Part shown: positions 28,198 through 39,213 of the stretch, piece by piece
How the letters are laid out: every line of letters begins with the position of its first letter
Position numbering within the stretch: position 1 is the first letter of the stretch
From: an uncultured Gemmatimonadales bacterium
GTDB lineage: Bacteria; Gemmatimonadota; Gemmatimonadetes; Gemmatimonadales; GWC2-71-9
NCBI GenBank assembly: GCA_947259405.1
Contig: CAMYLY010000013.1
Coordinates: 33,382 to 97,381, forward strand
Direction of reading: 5' to 3'
DNA length: 64,000 nt
Translations under genes and position numbers: made by a program
The notes under the pieces: model-generated
Told to the model about the DNA's origin: nothing
The model's input: only the letters and a program-made list of their open reading frames with translations
The model's database searches: none

Positions 28198-29796
28198 ATG
28201 GAGGGACTCTTCGCCGGACTCGACATCTCCACCCAGTCCTGCAAGCTGGTCGTGATCGACACGCGGGAGCAGGCCGCCGTGTATGTCGATGCGGTGAACT
28301 ACGATGACGATCTACCGCACTACGGAACGCGGGACGGGACCGTGCAGGGACTGGGCCCGGGCGTCTCCGAATCCGATCCCTTGATGTGGATCGAGGCCGT
28401 CCGGCTGCTCTTCGAGCGTCTGGCGTCCGACCCGCAAATCGATCAGCGGCGCATCCGAGCCATCGCCGTGTCGGGACAGCAGCATGGATTGGTGGCACTC
28501 GATGCGGGCGGGAATCTCGCGCGACCGTTCGCGAAGCTGTGGAACGACTTCTCGACGGCCGAAGAGTGCGAGCTGCTGACCGAGCGGGTGGGGGGCGCGG
28601 AGCGGATGATCGCGGAAGTCGGCAACACGCAGCGGACGGGTTACACCGCACCCAAGATCCTTCACCTCAAACGGCACGAGCCTCGAGCGTACACGCGGGC
28701 GACGACCCTCTTCCTGGTACACAACTATGTGAACTGGTGGCTCACCGACGGTGTGGCGGTCATGGAGCCCGGTGACACGTCAGGCACTGCACTTTGGAGC
28801 CCGGTCACCGGGGCGTGGTCGAAAGAGGTTCTGGATGCGATCGACCCGGGGTTGGCCGACAAACTGCCGCCGGTCAGTCCATCGGATGCGTCGATCGGCA
28901 CGATCGCTCCCAACCTCGCTGAGGCGTACAGTTTGTCTCTGGACTGCGTGATCGACGCCGGGAGCGGTGACAACATGTACGGAGCGATCGGGACGGGAAA
29001 TGTTGCACCCGGCATCGTCACGGTCAGCCTGGGCACGAGCGGTACGGCGTACACGTTCCTGGAGGAACCGTACGTCGATCCCGAGGGAGAGATCGCCGCC
29101 TTTTGCGACAGCACGGGCCATCACCTCCCGCTCCTCTGCGTGTCGAACATGGCGAACGGCTATGACGCCGTGGTGGAGCGCTTCGGGATGGACCACGAGG
29201 CGTTCGACGCCGTCATCGACGCCACGGAGGCCGGCAACGGCGGTCGGTTGCTCGTGCCGTGGTACACAGGTGAGCGCACTCCTGACCTGCCGCACGCCGC
29301 GCCGCTGTATTTCGGTTTCGGGATCGGCGAGTTCACCAAGGCGGTGCTCAGTCGCGCGGTGCTCGAAGGGCACGTGCTCAACTTGTGGAGCGGATTCCGC
29401 CGGCTTCCCGTGCAACCCGCGGTCATTCACTTGACCGGCGGTCTCTCGCGATCGGCGTCATGGTGTCAGATGATCGCTGACGTGTTCGAGGTGGAGACCG
29501 TACCCATCGAGGGGGAGGGTGCGGCGCTGGGCGCAGCGATTCATGCGGCGTGGGTATGGGGCAAGGAGCACGAGCACGAGGTGCCGCTCGCCGAGCTGGC
29601 CGCACCATTTCTCGTGCTGGATGCCGCTCGACGCAGGACCCCGACCGCTCGCAACGTCGAGCACTACCGCATCCTCAGGCGGCTGTATCAGGCGCTGAGC
29701 GACCGGGTGCGAGGCCTCCCGTCGGACGACGATCCGTTCGAGCTACGTGCAGCCTTGAGCGAAGTGGCGTTGCGATCACCACGCACGGGGGCGTGA
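28198..29796 (+). CDS. FGGY family carbohydrate kinase (xylulokinase-like)
   Basis: Start at MEGLFAGLDISTQSCKLVVID (ATG 28198). Motifs GSGDNMYGAIGTG and HLTGGLSRS. The track ORF starts upstream, inside the previous gene. Confidence 0.85.
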   Translation: MEGLFAGLDISTQSCKLVVIDTREQAAVYVDAVNYDDDLPHYGTRDGTVQGLGPGVSESDPLMWIEAVRLLFERLASDPQIDQRRIRAIAVSGQQHGLVALDAGGNLARPFAKLWNDFSTAEECELLTERVGGAERMIAEVGNTQRTGYTAPKILHLKRHEPRAYTRATTLFLVHNYVNWWLTDGVAVMEPGDTSGTALWSPVTGAWSKEVLDAIDPGLADKLPPVSPSDASIGTIAPNLAEAYSLSLDCVIDAGSGDNMYGAIGTGNVAPGIVTVSLGTSGTAYTFLEEPYVDPEGEIAAFCDSTGHHLPLLCVSNMANGYDAVVERFGMDHEAFDAVIDATEAGNGGRLLVPWYTGERTPDLPHAAPLYFGFGIGEFTKAVLSRAVLEGHVLNLWSGFRRLPVQPAVIHLTGGLSRSASWCQMIADVFEVETVPIEGEGAALGAAIHAAWVWGKEHEHEVPLAELAAPFLVLDAARRRTPTARNVEHYRILRRLYQALSDRVRGLPSDDDPFELRAALSEVALRSPRTGA

Positions 29797-29810
29797 ACGG
29801 CGGCGTGCTG

Positions 29811-30329
29811 ATGCCTAAGCCCCAGCCTGCAGTCGTGACACGTCGGTTGCCAGTCTCCGCCGAGAGAGTGTGGGAGGTCATGGCCACCCCGGGAGCCCTC
29901 GCACGGTACCAACCATTCTGCTCAGGCAATCCAGTCGCAGCTTGGCCCGGTGTCGGCGCACAGGACACGATCCACTATCTGAGCGGCATGGTCCTCCAAC
30001 GCCGGTTCACCGTCTGGGACGAGGGACACGCGTACGAGCTCGAGATCGGCAAGTCTGGATGGCCGGCCAGCCACGTGCGGTGGGAGCTCGTGGCCGCGGG
30101 TGCCGAAGAAAGCGACCTCACTATCAGTATTTGGCCCAGCGCCTTCGTTGGCTGCCCCTCGGCCGTGAGGTGGGTGCTGCATCGCTGGTACCTGGTACCG
30201 CTGGTCCGCCGCTACCTCGACGCGGTGCTTCGAGGACTCGACTACTACCTGACGAGCGATCGTAACGTGCCACCGAACCAGTTTGGGCAAATGTGGCCCT
30301 TCTCGCATGGTCTCACCCGCAGTTCCTAG
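29811..30329 (+). CDS. SRPBCC (START/polyketide cyclase-like) family protein
   Basis: Start at MPKPQPAVVTRRLPVSAERVWEVMATPGAL, a typical SRPBCC N-terminus. About 172 aa. Confidence 0.7.
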   Translation: MPKPQPAVVTRRLPVSAERVWEVMATPGALARYQPFCSGNPVAAWPGVGAQDTIHYLSGMVLQRRFTVWDEGHAYELEIGKSGWPASHVRWELVAAGAEESDLTISIWPSAFVGCPSAVRWVLHRWYLVPLVRRYLDAVLRGLDYYLTSDRNVPPNQFGQMWPFSHGLTRSS

Positions 30330-30639
30330 ATTGCCACCCCGCACAGCCGCGCGGTCTAACACGCGTGAGGAGCTGCCGGGCGCGTACGCTTCTAGAGGAA
30401 GTCGTTGAGTTGTGCGCCCGGGGAGGATGGTGCACGTTCAGGCAAGCTGCGTTTGTGTACGGGAAGTTGGGCTCATTCGCCGTGCGGCGAGTACGCCCGC
30501 AGCTTAAGCGTAGGGACGTTAGGCTCCATCTGCAGGAGGTAATGATGAAGCTGCCCTGGTGCGTCGCGTTGACGTTGGCTGCCCCCCTTGCGTAGCGCTC
30601 CCCGGCCATCTTGCGCTTCGTAGGGACCATGGTGAACAC

Positions 30640-32028
30640 ATGAAAACGAAACAACGTCCCAACAAACATTCTGGACTCATCGTACTGGTTGCCCTTCTCT
30701 GCTCTTCCTGTGGGAGCGACGGACAGTTCTCGGATCGGGAACGATCCGTCACAGAACTCATAGACCCCCACCTGAGCTACGCCGACTACACTCCCAAACC
30801 ATCAGACAGGGTGGTATCACGGCTAGAATACCGCGAGAAGTTGTACGGCTTTTGGTTGGGCCAGTGCATTGCGAACTGGACGGGCTTGGTGACGGAGATG
30901 GACAAAATCGGCAACATCGGTGAGGTGCGAACGGGCCCATTCTATACCAGGGACGATTGGGGTGGGCCCGACCAGCCGAGCATATGGGCCGACGAACCCA
31001 GCAATCTGTCCCCGACCCTTGATTTCGTTTTTGAAGAGGAAGGGAGCGTGTGGGGTGCAGATGATGATACGGATATCGAGTATATGTATCAGCATCTGTT
31101 GTACACGAACCGCGTCAGCGTTCTGTCCGGAGCGCAGATACGAGACGGTTGGTTGACGCATATGCGGGCGGAAGAAGAAAACTATTTGTGGGTTTCGAAC
31201 CAAAAGGCGTTTGATCTGATGAAAGAAGGGGTGATACCGCCTACCACCAGCCACCCCGATCAGAATCCCGAGTACGAGATGATCGACGCGCAGCTCACGA
31301 CGGAGATCTTCGGTCTTCTGGCTCCCGCACGTCCGGACATCGCACTACAAATGGCATATCTCCCGATACGAACGACGGCGCGAGAGGACGCAGCTTGGAT
31401 TGCGGAGTTCTATGTCGCCATGCATGCACTCGCTTCCCACGTCGATGAGACCAAGGCTTTGAAAACCAACATCCATTGGATGGCAGACGAAGCTCGTAAG
31501 GTACTCCCCGACGACTCGTATTCGGCGAAGATGTATGACTTCGTGAAGGGCAGATATCAGGCACAGGTCCCGTGGGAGCAAGCCCGGGATGACGTGTATC
31601 AGCGGTACCAGGTTGAACAGGAAGATGGGTATGACATCACGTCCCGGGAGTTGTATTGCAACGGCTGTTTCGCGGCGGGGATCAACTTTGCTGCCAGCAT
31701 CGTGAGCCTGCTATACGGCGAAGGGAATATCGTCGAGACGATCAAGATCGGTGCGTTGGCCGGTTGGGATTCTGATAACCCTACCGCTACGTGGGGAGGG
31801 TTATTGGGATTCATGCTTGGGAAAGAAGGTGTGGAACGCGCTTTTGACAGATCCTTTGCCGATCGATTCCATATCCATCGAACGAGACAGAATTTCCCCA
31901 GTGGTATTGACACGTTTCGTAACATGGCGAGGATAGGGGTTTTGATTGTCGATCGGGTCGTTCAGGACGAGATGCAGGGTGGTGTGGATCTTCAGAAGGA
32001 TCTTTGGTACATCCCAGCACTGCCATGA
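30640..32028 (+). CDS. ADP-ribosylglycohydrolase family protein with lipoprotein signal
   Basis: Start at MKTKQRPNKHSGLIVLVALLCSSCGS (lipobox). Acidic metal-site motifs GADDDTDIEYM and GWDSDNPTATWGGLLG. Visibly lower GC than the flanks. Confidence 0.8.
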   Translation: MKTKQRPNKHSGLIVLVALLCSSCGSDGQFSDRERSVTELIDPHLSYADYTPKPSDRVVSRLEYREKLYGFWLGQCIANWTGLVTEMDKIGNIGEVRTGPFYTRDDWGGPDQPSIWADEPSNLSPTLDFVFEEEGSVWGADDDTDIEYMYQHLLYTNRVSVLSGAQIRDGWLTHMRAEEENYLWVSNQKAFDLMKEGVIPPTTSHPDQNPEYEMIDAQLTTEIFGLLAPARPDIALQMAYLPIRTTAREDAAWIAEFYVAMHALASHVDETKALKTNIHWMADEARKVLPDDSYSAKMYDFVKGRYQAQVPWEQARDDVYQRYQVEQEDGYDITSRELYCNGCFAAGINFAASIVSLLYGEGNIVETIKIGALAGWDSDNPTATWGGLLGFMLGKEGVERAFDRSFADRFHIHRTRQNFPSGIDTFRNMARIGVLIVDRVVQDEMQGGVDLQKDLWYIPALP

Positions 32029-32070
32029 ATTTGTGATATCGCACCGGGCCCGTCGAGGCGTCGCGCGAAG

Positions 32071-32193
32071 CGCTACCGCGCCCTCAAGCGGCTGTATCTA
32101 CCACTGAGCGACCGGGTGCGAGGTCTGCCATCAGCCGACGATCCGTTCGAACTGCGCGTGGCACTCGCGAGCCTCGACGAAGGAAGAAACTAG
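32071..32193 (+). pseudogene. relic of the 3' end of a xylulokinase-like gene (no start, about 40 codons)
   Basis: My translation, RYRALKRLYLPLSDRVRGLPSADDPFELRVALASLDEGRN*, parallels the kinase C-terminus HYRILRRLYQALSDRVRGLPSDDDPFELRAALSEVAL (29661-29768). The frame is closed upstream by the TGA at 32026. Confidence 0.7.
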
Positions 32194-32256
32194 CGGCCTC
32201 TCCGCACGTGATGTTTCGGGTGTCCTTGTGGGCCCCTCACCGGAGGTAGACCACTC

Positions 32257-32988
32257 ATGGGTAGTGCCGTTCAAACGATACCGCTGGCAAACCTGGCTTT
32301 GTCCTTCATTCCGGTCGCGGCGGTCATCATCATTCTCGGCAATTGGGGTCTTGGCTACAAGACGTCACTTCATGCCATCTCTCGGATGCTCCTGCAGCTT
32401 CTTCTGATCGGGTATTTCTTGGGCTTCATTTTCGAATCTGGCAGTGCGTTGATCGTTGTTGCCGTGCTCGCGGTCATGCTCATTGCATCAAGCTGGATCG
32501 CTTTGCGGACGATACGCATCCCTCTCAGGACAGTGTTCCTGAAGTCGTTCGGGTCCATCGCACTCGGCGGGGGCGTAACGCTGATCTTGATTACGAAAGG
32601 CGTTCTCGACCTGCAACCATGGTACCTCCCCAGCTACATGATTCCACTCGCGGGAATGATCTTCGCGAGCGCGATGAACAGTGTGAGCCTTGCTGGAGAG
32701 CGACTCGGTGCAGAACTCGGACGGGATGTTACGTACGCGCAGGCGCGGAGGGTGGCTCTGCATGCTTCGCTCATCCCAATCACGAATTCCCTGTTTGCCG
32801 TCGGTCTCGTTTCCATCCCAGGCATGATGACGGGACAGATCCTGTCCGGTGTCTCGCCCCTCATTGCGGCACGCTATCAAATCATGGTGATGTGCATGAT
32901 CTTCGGGTCGGCGGGGACTGCATCCGCAGTCTTTCTTGCCTCGGTGAAATCCAACTTCGAAGCTCTCGAGAGAGGCAAGTCGCTCTAG
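32257..32988 (+). CDS. UPF0014/FetB-like ABC-type permease (orphan, no ATPase gene nearby)
   Basis: 243-aa polytopic membrane ORF. The N-terminus IPLANLALSFIPVAAVIIIL.. and overall length resemble YbbM/FetB permeases. Lower GC than surroundings. Confidence 0.65.
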   Translation: MGSAVQTIPLANLALSFIPVAAVIIILGNWGLGYKTSLHAISRMLLQLLLIGYFLGFIFESGSALIVVAVLAVMLIASSWIALRTIRIPLRTVFLKSFGSIALGGGVTLILITKGVLDLQPWYLPSYMIPLAGMIFASAMNSVSLAGERLGAELGRDVTYAQARRVALHASLIPITNSLFAVGLVSIPGMMTGQILSGVSPLIAARYQIMVMCMIFGSAGTASAVFLASVKSNFEALERGKSL

Positions 32989-33097
32989 CCTTCAGCTCGA
33001 CAAGCCTCCGCACCACAACTCCACATGAGCAGCCTGTGTCGCCACGACTGACAAAGAGGAAGCCATCGAGCACGTCGCGACGAAGCCGCCCACAGTG

Positions 33098-34195
33098 CTA
33101 CCTGGCGAGGGAAATGGGCTCGTTACCCAACACGTACGACTCCACGAACAACCGTCCGGGACCGGTCATCATGATGTCGGAGGCGCCCATGTCGTATGCC
33201 GCGGTTAATCTGCTGGTGTTGGCTACCGCCACGAACGTGAGTCCTTGCTCAGGCGCACGAATAATGAAGGACGAATGCCCGAGTGCCAGACCGAAGTGCC
33301 ACTCCAGCTTGACACCCTCGTACGTCTGCACGAACCAGCCTAGACCGTACGTCCGGCTCGGCCCATTGATCTCGATCGAAGGCGACAACATGATCTCTTT
33401 GGTCGCAGGATCGAGAAACTGATCAGCATCCAAGGCGATCGAGATGCGTGCGAGGTCCCGCACGGAGGTCACCAACCCGGCAGCCGGGCTGAAATGACGA
33501 ATCCGGGCGTACGGAACGACCTGGCCGTCCACCAGCTCGTACGGCATCGCGACGTTGGCCAGGAACGCTTGCCTCGGGAGGCCGGTCACGTAGAAATCCG
33601 CCAAAAGCTCGACATCAGGGGCGGTATGGCGGAGCCCGAGAGGCTGCACGATCCGCTGCACGAGCAACTCCGCAAACGTTGCGCCGGTCGCCTCCAACAT
33701 CACATTCCCCAGCTTGATGTAGCGGCCCCCGTTGTACCGAAACATGGTGCCGGGGTTGCCCTCGGAGGTGTGATTGAAGACGTGTTGCACGGTGATCACG
33801 CCGTCGGCTTCGAGATTCACGCCGTAGTCGCTGATGGGGTCGTCGAGGTTCACCAGCCCCTCCTCGACCAATTGCATCAAGACGATGGCGGCCACCGATT
33901 TCGTAACCGAGGCCACGTAGAAGGACGTGGTATCGGTCGCGGGCTTGCTACGCTCGACGTCGGCCAGTCCGAATCCGCGCGACCAGACGATCCCACCGTT
34001 CTGCGCGATCGCAGCAGCCAGACCCGGGATCCCGAGGCCCACCCGGATGCTGTCGAGCGACGCCTCGAAGCCTTGGAGGCCCTCTTCCGGGGCGACGGTT
34101 ACCGGTTCGAGCGACGTCTCACCACATGCTGTCATCACGAGCGCGGTGGTGACGGCGGCACCGATTCGAAACGCGGATCGTGGACGGGGAATCAT
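33098..34195 (-). CDS. beta-lactamase-fold serine hydrolase lipoprotein
   Basis: Start at MIPRPRSAFRIGAAVTTALVMTACG (ATG 34195). S-x-x-K motif ASVTKSV. Confidence 0.85.
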   Translation of the reverse strand: MIPRPRSAFRIGAAVTTALVMTACGETSLEPVTVAPEEGLQGFEASLDSIRVGLGIPGLAAAIAQNGGIVWSRGFGLADVERSKPATDTTSFYVASVTKSVAAIVLMQLVEEGLVNLDDPISDYGVNLEADGVITVQHVFNHTSEGNPGTMFRYNGGRYIKLGNVMLEATGATFAELLVQRIVQPLGLRHTAPDVELLADFYVTGLPRQAFLANVAMPYELVDGQVVPYARIRHFSPAAGLVTSVRDLARISIALDADQFLDPATKEIMLSPSIEINGPSRTYGLGWFVQTYEGVKLEWHFGLALGHSSFIIRAPEQGLTFVAVANTSRLTAAYDMGASDIMMTGPGRLFVESYVLGNEPISLAR

Positions 34196-34839
34196 CGTGC
34201 CGTTCCTCCAAGACCGATCACGTACGTGGCCGATAGGGTAACCGACAGCAATCGGACGTGTCCCCGTGGCAGAGGCTCGCTGTTCAGGTTGGTCAGATTG
34301 AGATTGCCGAGCAGTTGCACACTGAGTTGGCTCGAACCCAACCGCCGCCGCACGCCGAGTCCCAGCCACGTTGCGAACTGCGCTTTGGTATGTTGCCACT
34401 GCACCTGCGGATTGTCGCAGCTCACGCTCCCCACGTGGGGCACGCCAGTCACCGAGCACCCGAGCTCGAGACTCCCGGACACACCAGCGACGAGTTGTGG
34501 GGCGGTCGTCCACGGGGCCGTTAGCGCTAGGAACAGGGGAAGCTCCACGTAGGTCAACCGTCGCCCGCCTCCCCCTTGCGTTTCCGTCCAGCCCTTCTGC
34601 ACGTACCAGAGTTCGGCCTGCATCGAGAGAATCGAACGCGATCGGTACGCCACGACGCCGCCGATCTGGAACCCTGCCTTCGGCCGGTTCATGTCGTTGG
34701 CCTCTTCATCCTCGAACCACACGGCACCACCAACCAGACCGAGTCGGCCTCCGATCCAGATGTCCTGGGCGTTGAGGGATTTCTCGGCGACCGTCAGTAA
34801 CGCAGTGCAGAGTATTGCCGTGAGGGTGTGGCGGATCAT
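34192..34839 (-). CDS. outer-membrane beta-barrel protein (porin-family-like)
   Basis: Start at MIRHTLTAILCTALLTVAEKSLNAQ (signal peptide). Alternating-hydrophobicity strands with Gly/aromatic-rich segments. The stop overlaps the downstream start. Confidence 0.7.
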   Translation of the reverse strand: MIRHTLTAILCTALLTVAEKSLNAQDIWIGGRLGLVGGAVWFEDEEANDMNRPKAGFQIGGVVAYRSRSILSMQAELWYVQKGWTETQGGGGRRLTYVELPLFLALTAPWTTAPQLVAGVSGSLELGCSVTGVPHVGSVSCDNPQVQWQHTKAQFATWLGLGVRRRLGSSQLSVQLLGNLNLTNLNSEPLPRGHVRLLSVTLSATYVIGLGGTAR

Positions 34840-35175
34840 TGCGCTCTCTTGAGACGGCATTTCCCGCACGTGGTCATCAGATCCATCCGAACCCGACGAG
34901 CGACCGGTTCACACGCCACGCGAAGGGTCCCCGCGAGTGTCTAGCTCATGGCACCATCGGGAGTGCTCGCGCCCGGCAGATCGCGCCGTCTTGGAGTCGA
35001 CTGCGCCGAACCCGCCAGGCGCCGAACTGACAGGTTGGGATCGCCGCGTTGAAGCAGGTGTGAACTGGCCATGAATTCGCTACACATCCGATGAAATGGG
35101 GTACAACCTGAGTCACACGGACCACAAGAGAAAAGGCGAGCTAACCTGACTGATTGACTCGCTTTTGTTTAGCGA

Positions 35176-35242
35176 ATCGGGACGGCGGGATCCTGCGTGG
35201 TGCGACCGCGAGCCGGCGCAGCGTGTTTCCCCCCCTTCATCC
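35176..35242 (+). repeat. short copy of the intergenic repeat family
   Basis: ATCGGGACGGCGGGATCCTGCGTGGTGCGACCGCGAGCCGGCGCAG... It shares GGTGCGACCGCGAGC with the 44553 copy and ends in a C-rich tail. Confidence 0.65.
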
Positions 35243-35339
35243 AGATTCAACCGGGGTGGCGGACAAGGGCCCTCTCAGCAAGCGGGCGATCTCCCGCCGC
35301 GGCGATGCAGAACGCGCGCACGGCCGGCCAAAGTCATTA

Positions 35340-35480
35340 TGCCATCGCGCGGTGTATCAGCCGATCCTGGACTTGAGCACGGAACGCACCGTTGGACCCC
35401 GAGACGCAGATGGGAACGCTTCGACGTCTCCGCGAGGCCGGCATGGGCATCGTGATCGATCTCGAAGCCGCTCGACATCG
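35340..35480 (+). pseudogene. decayed EAL-domain (c-di-GMP phosphodiesterase) fragments in two frames
   Basis: One frame gives HRAVYQPILDLSTERTVG (EAL-domain N-terminal signature YQPIxDLxTGxxVG). A second frame ~20 codons later gives TLRRLREAGMGIVIDL (L..LR..G..IAIDDFG-like). The frameshift and the too-short spacing imply a relic. Confidence 0.4.
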
Positions 35481-35600
35481 AGGACGCGACCGATCGTCGG
35501 CGGCAAGAGATGGGTTGCTGAGTGGGAGAGTTGATGCCTCACCCCCATCTCTTCAACTCGCGACCCAATGCCGGAGCCAAGTAACGGCGAGGAGGCGGTC

Positions 35601-35834
35601 TTAGCTACCGAGTCTCCTGCGCCCCCCGAACCACGTGAACGTCACGCCGAGCATGGTTGCGATGCCGAGAACTAGCAACGTGAAGAGGTATGCCTCCGTC
35701 TTTTCGGAAGCCTGCCCATTCGGCGAGATGGAGAAAGCCACACCAACGATCACAACCCACGCGAACAAGACGGCCACCCAGAGGGTGGTGAGCTGCCCCC
35801 AGTGGAGGCCCTGGATCCGGTTCTTTTGTGACAT
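35601..35834 (-). CDS. small two-helix membrane protein (hypothetical)
   Basis: 77 aa from the internal ATG: MSQKNRIQGLHWGQLTTLWVAVLFAWVVIVGVAF...LLVLGIATMLGVTFTWF. G/C-rich third positions. Flanked on both sides by repeat copies. Confidence 0.45.
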   Translation of the reverse strand: MSQKNRIQGLHWGQLTTLWVAVLFAWVVIVGVAFSISPNGQASEKTEAYLFTLLVLGIATMLGVTFTWFGGRRRLGS

Positions 35835-35984
35835 GGGCACTTGAACCGTCAAGAAACCATTGCTGACATCGTCCGACGAAGCGGAGGGTCGTACCCTTCG
35901 CCATGCACTCAATACGGACGACCGACACGGAAGTTTCGGGCGTCGGTGCCCTCCCACGTGCATTGATCGACGAGTTCACTATAC

Positions 35985-36100
35985 GTCGGGACGGCGGGAT
36001 TTGACGCGTCGCGAACGAGCGCCGATAGGCGCGATGCGAACAGAGCGGAAGGAACCGGCGGTCACGTCCGCCGGTCCCTTCAACCCGCGACCTTTTAAAC
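35985..36100 (+). repeat. copy of the intergenic repeat family
   Basis: GTCGGGACGGCGGGATTTGACGCGTCGCGAACGAGCGCC..GCGAACAGAGCGGAAGGAACCGGCGGtcacgtCCGCCGGTCCCTTCAACCCGCGACC. It abuts the katG stop. Confidence 0.8.
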
Positions 36101-36108
36101 CCCTTCGA

Positions 36109-38361
<2,253 letters not shown>

Positions 38362-38790
38362 TCAGGCGGTGTCGCTCCAGCCCCCCGGGGTAATGCGAAG
38401 CGCACGGTGCCTCTGCCTCAACGACCCACCCACCAAAATAAGGGAATGGCCGCCGCGCCGGTCGGACAGGCGGGTGTGCGGACAGGCGGACGAACGGCAG
38501 ACTGGCGGCCCGTCCGCCAGACCGCCTTGTCCACCTGCCCGACTGTTGCCCTACCGACCTACCGTCTGGCTGCCGCAACGGAGGGGGACGGGACTCCGGG
38601 ACAGGTGGGCGCTAGTCGGGTAGCCAAGTAGCGTGTTCCGCCACGCCAGAGAGAGCCAAGGTCGGGATCGCTCCCACCTCGGCTTTCTTGTTGGCCTAGG
38701 TCCGCGCGTATTCCGACGCTAAAGCATCCGCTCGCCGCTGACGCCATGCGTACTGAAGGACGCGTTGGAGGGCAGAATACCGGCGTGCCG

Positions 38791-39069
38791 TCAGAACAGC
38801 TTGCCGCCGAGCGATGGGTCCTTGTCGGTGCGTGTGCCCAACTTCACGGCGGTCGAGATCCGCGTGACGCCCTCTGCGTGCAACGTCTGGTGCACGGTGC
38901 GCACCGCGTCGAGTATCGCACTCAACTCACCTTCGACATTGGTGCCGTACGCATGCAGGGCTACCGTCAGCCCTGCTTGTTCCAGCAGTTCGTGCGCCCG
39001 CTGCACTTCCTTGCGAACGGATACGCCGACGCCGATGGGGATGACCTGAATCTCCGCTGTCGCTTTCAT
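38791..39069 (-). CDS. MTH1187/YkoF family (DUF77) thiamine-binding-like protein
   Basis: 92-aa ORF MKATAEIQVIPIGVGVSVRKEV...HAYGTNVEGEL, the typical ferredoxin-like fold signature of the family. Confidence 0.78.
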   Translation of the reverse strand: MKATAEIQVIPIGVGVSVRKEVQRAHELLEQAGLTVALHAYGTNVEGELSAILDAVRTVHQTLHAEGVTRISTAVKLGTRTDKDPSLGGKLF

Positions 39070-39213
39070 CCCATGCCTCCGTGTGCACCTGTGGACTTCT
39101 CCAACCTAAGAGGAAAATATGGGGACCGTGATCGCGGAAAAGCGCGAGATGCGCTCAATCTTCGGTCGTGACGCGCTGGCTAACTCGACGTTATACTCGT
39201 TCGAGCTAGCACC

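Noticed and set aside
35131-35170. Possible rho-independent terminator or sRNA 3' end (GCGAG..17 nt..CTCGC followed by TTTTGTTT)
   Set aside because: The stem is only 5 bp with a large loop, and no plus-strand gene or promoter is evident upstream. This is too weak to call.
35985-36010. Repeat core GGCGGGATTTGAC as a tRNA T-arm or tRNA-derived gene
   Set aside because: It resembles GG.GGGTTCGAATCC only loosely. There is no GTTCGAATC, no acceptor or anticodon stems and no CCA context in any copy. I found no tRNA-like cloverleaf anywhere in the window.
39070-39213. TPP riboswitch upstream of the thiamine-binding-like DUF77 gene
   Set aside because: The conserved CTGAGA...ACCTGATCTGGATAATGCCAGCG-type elements are not visible in either orientation.
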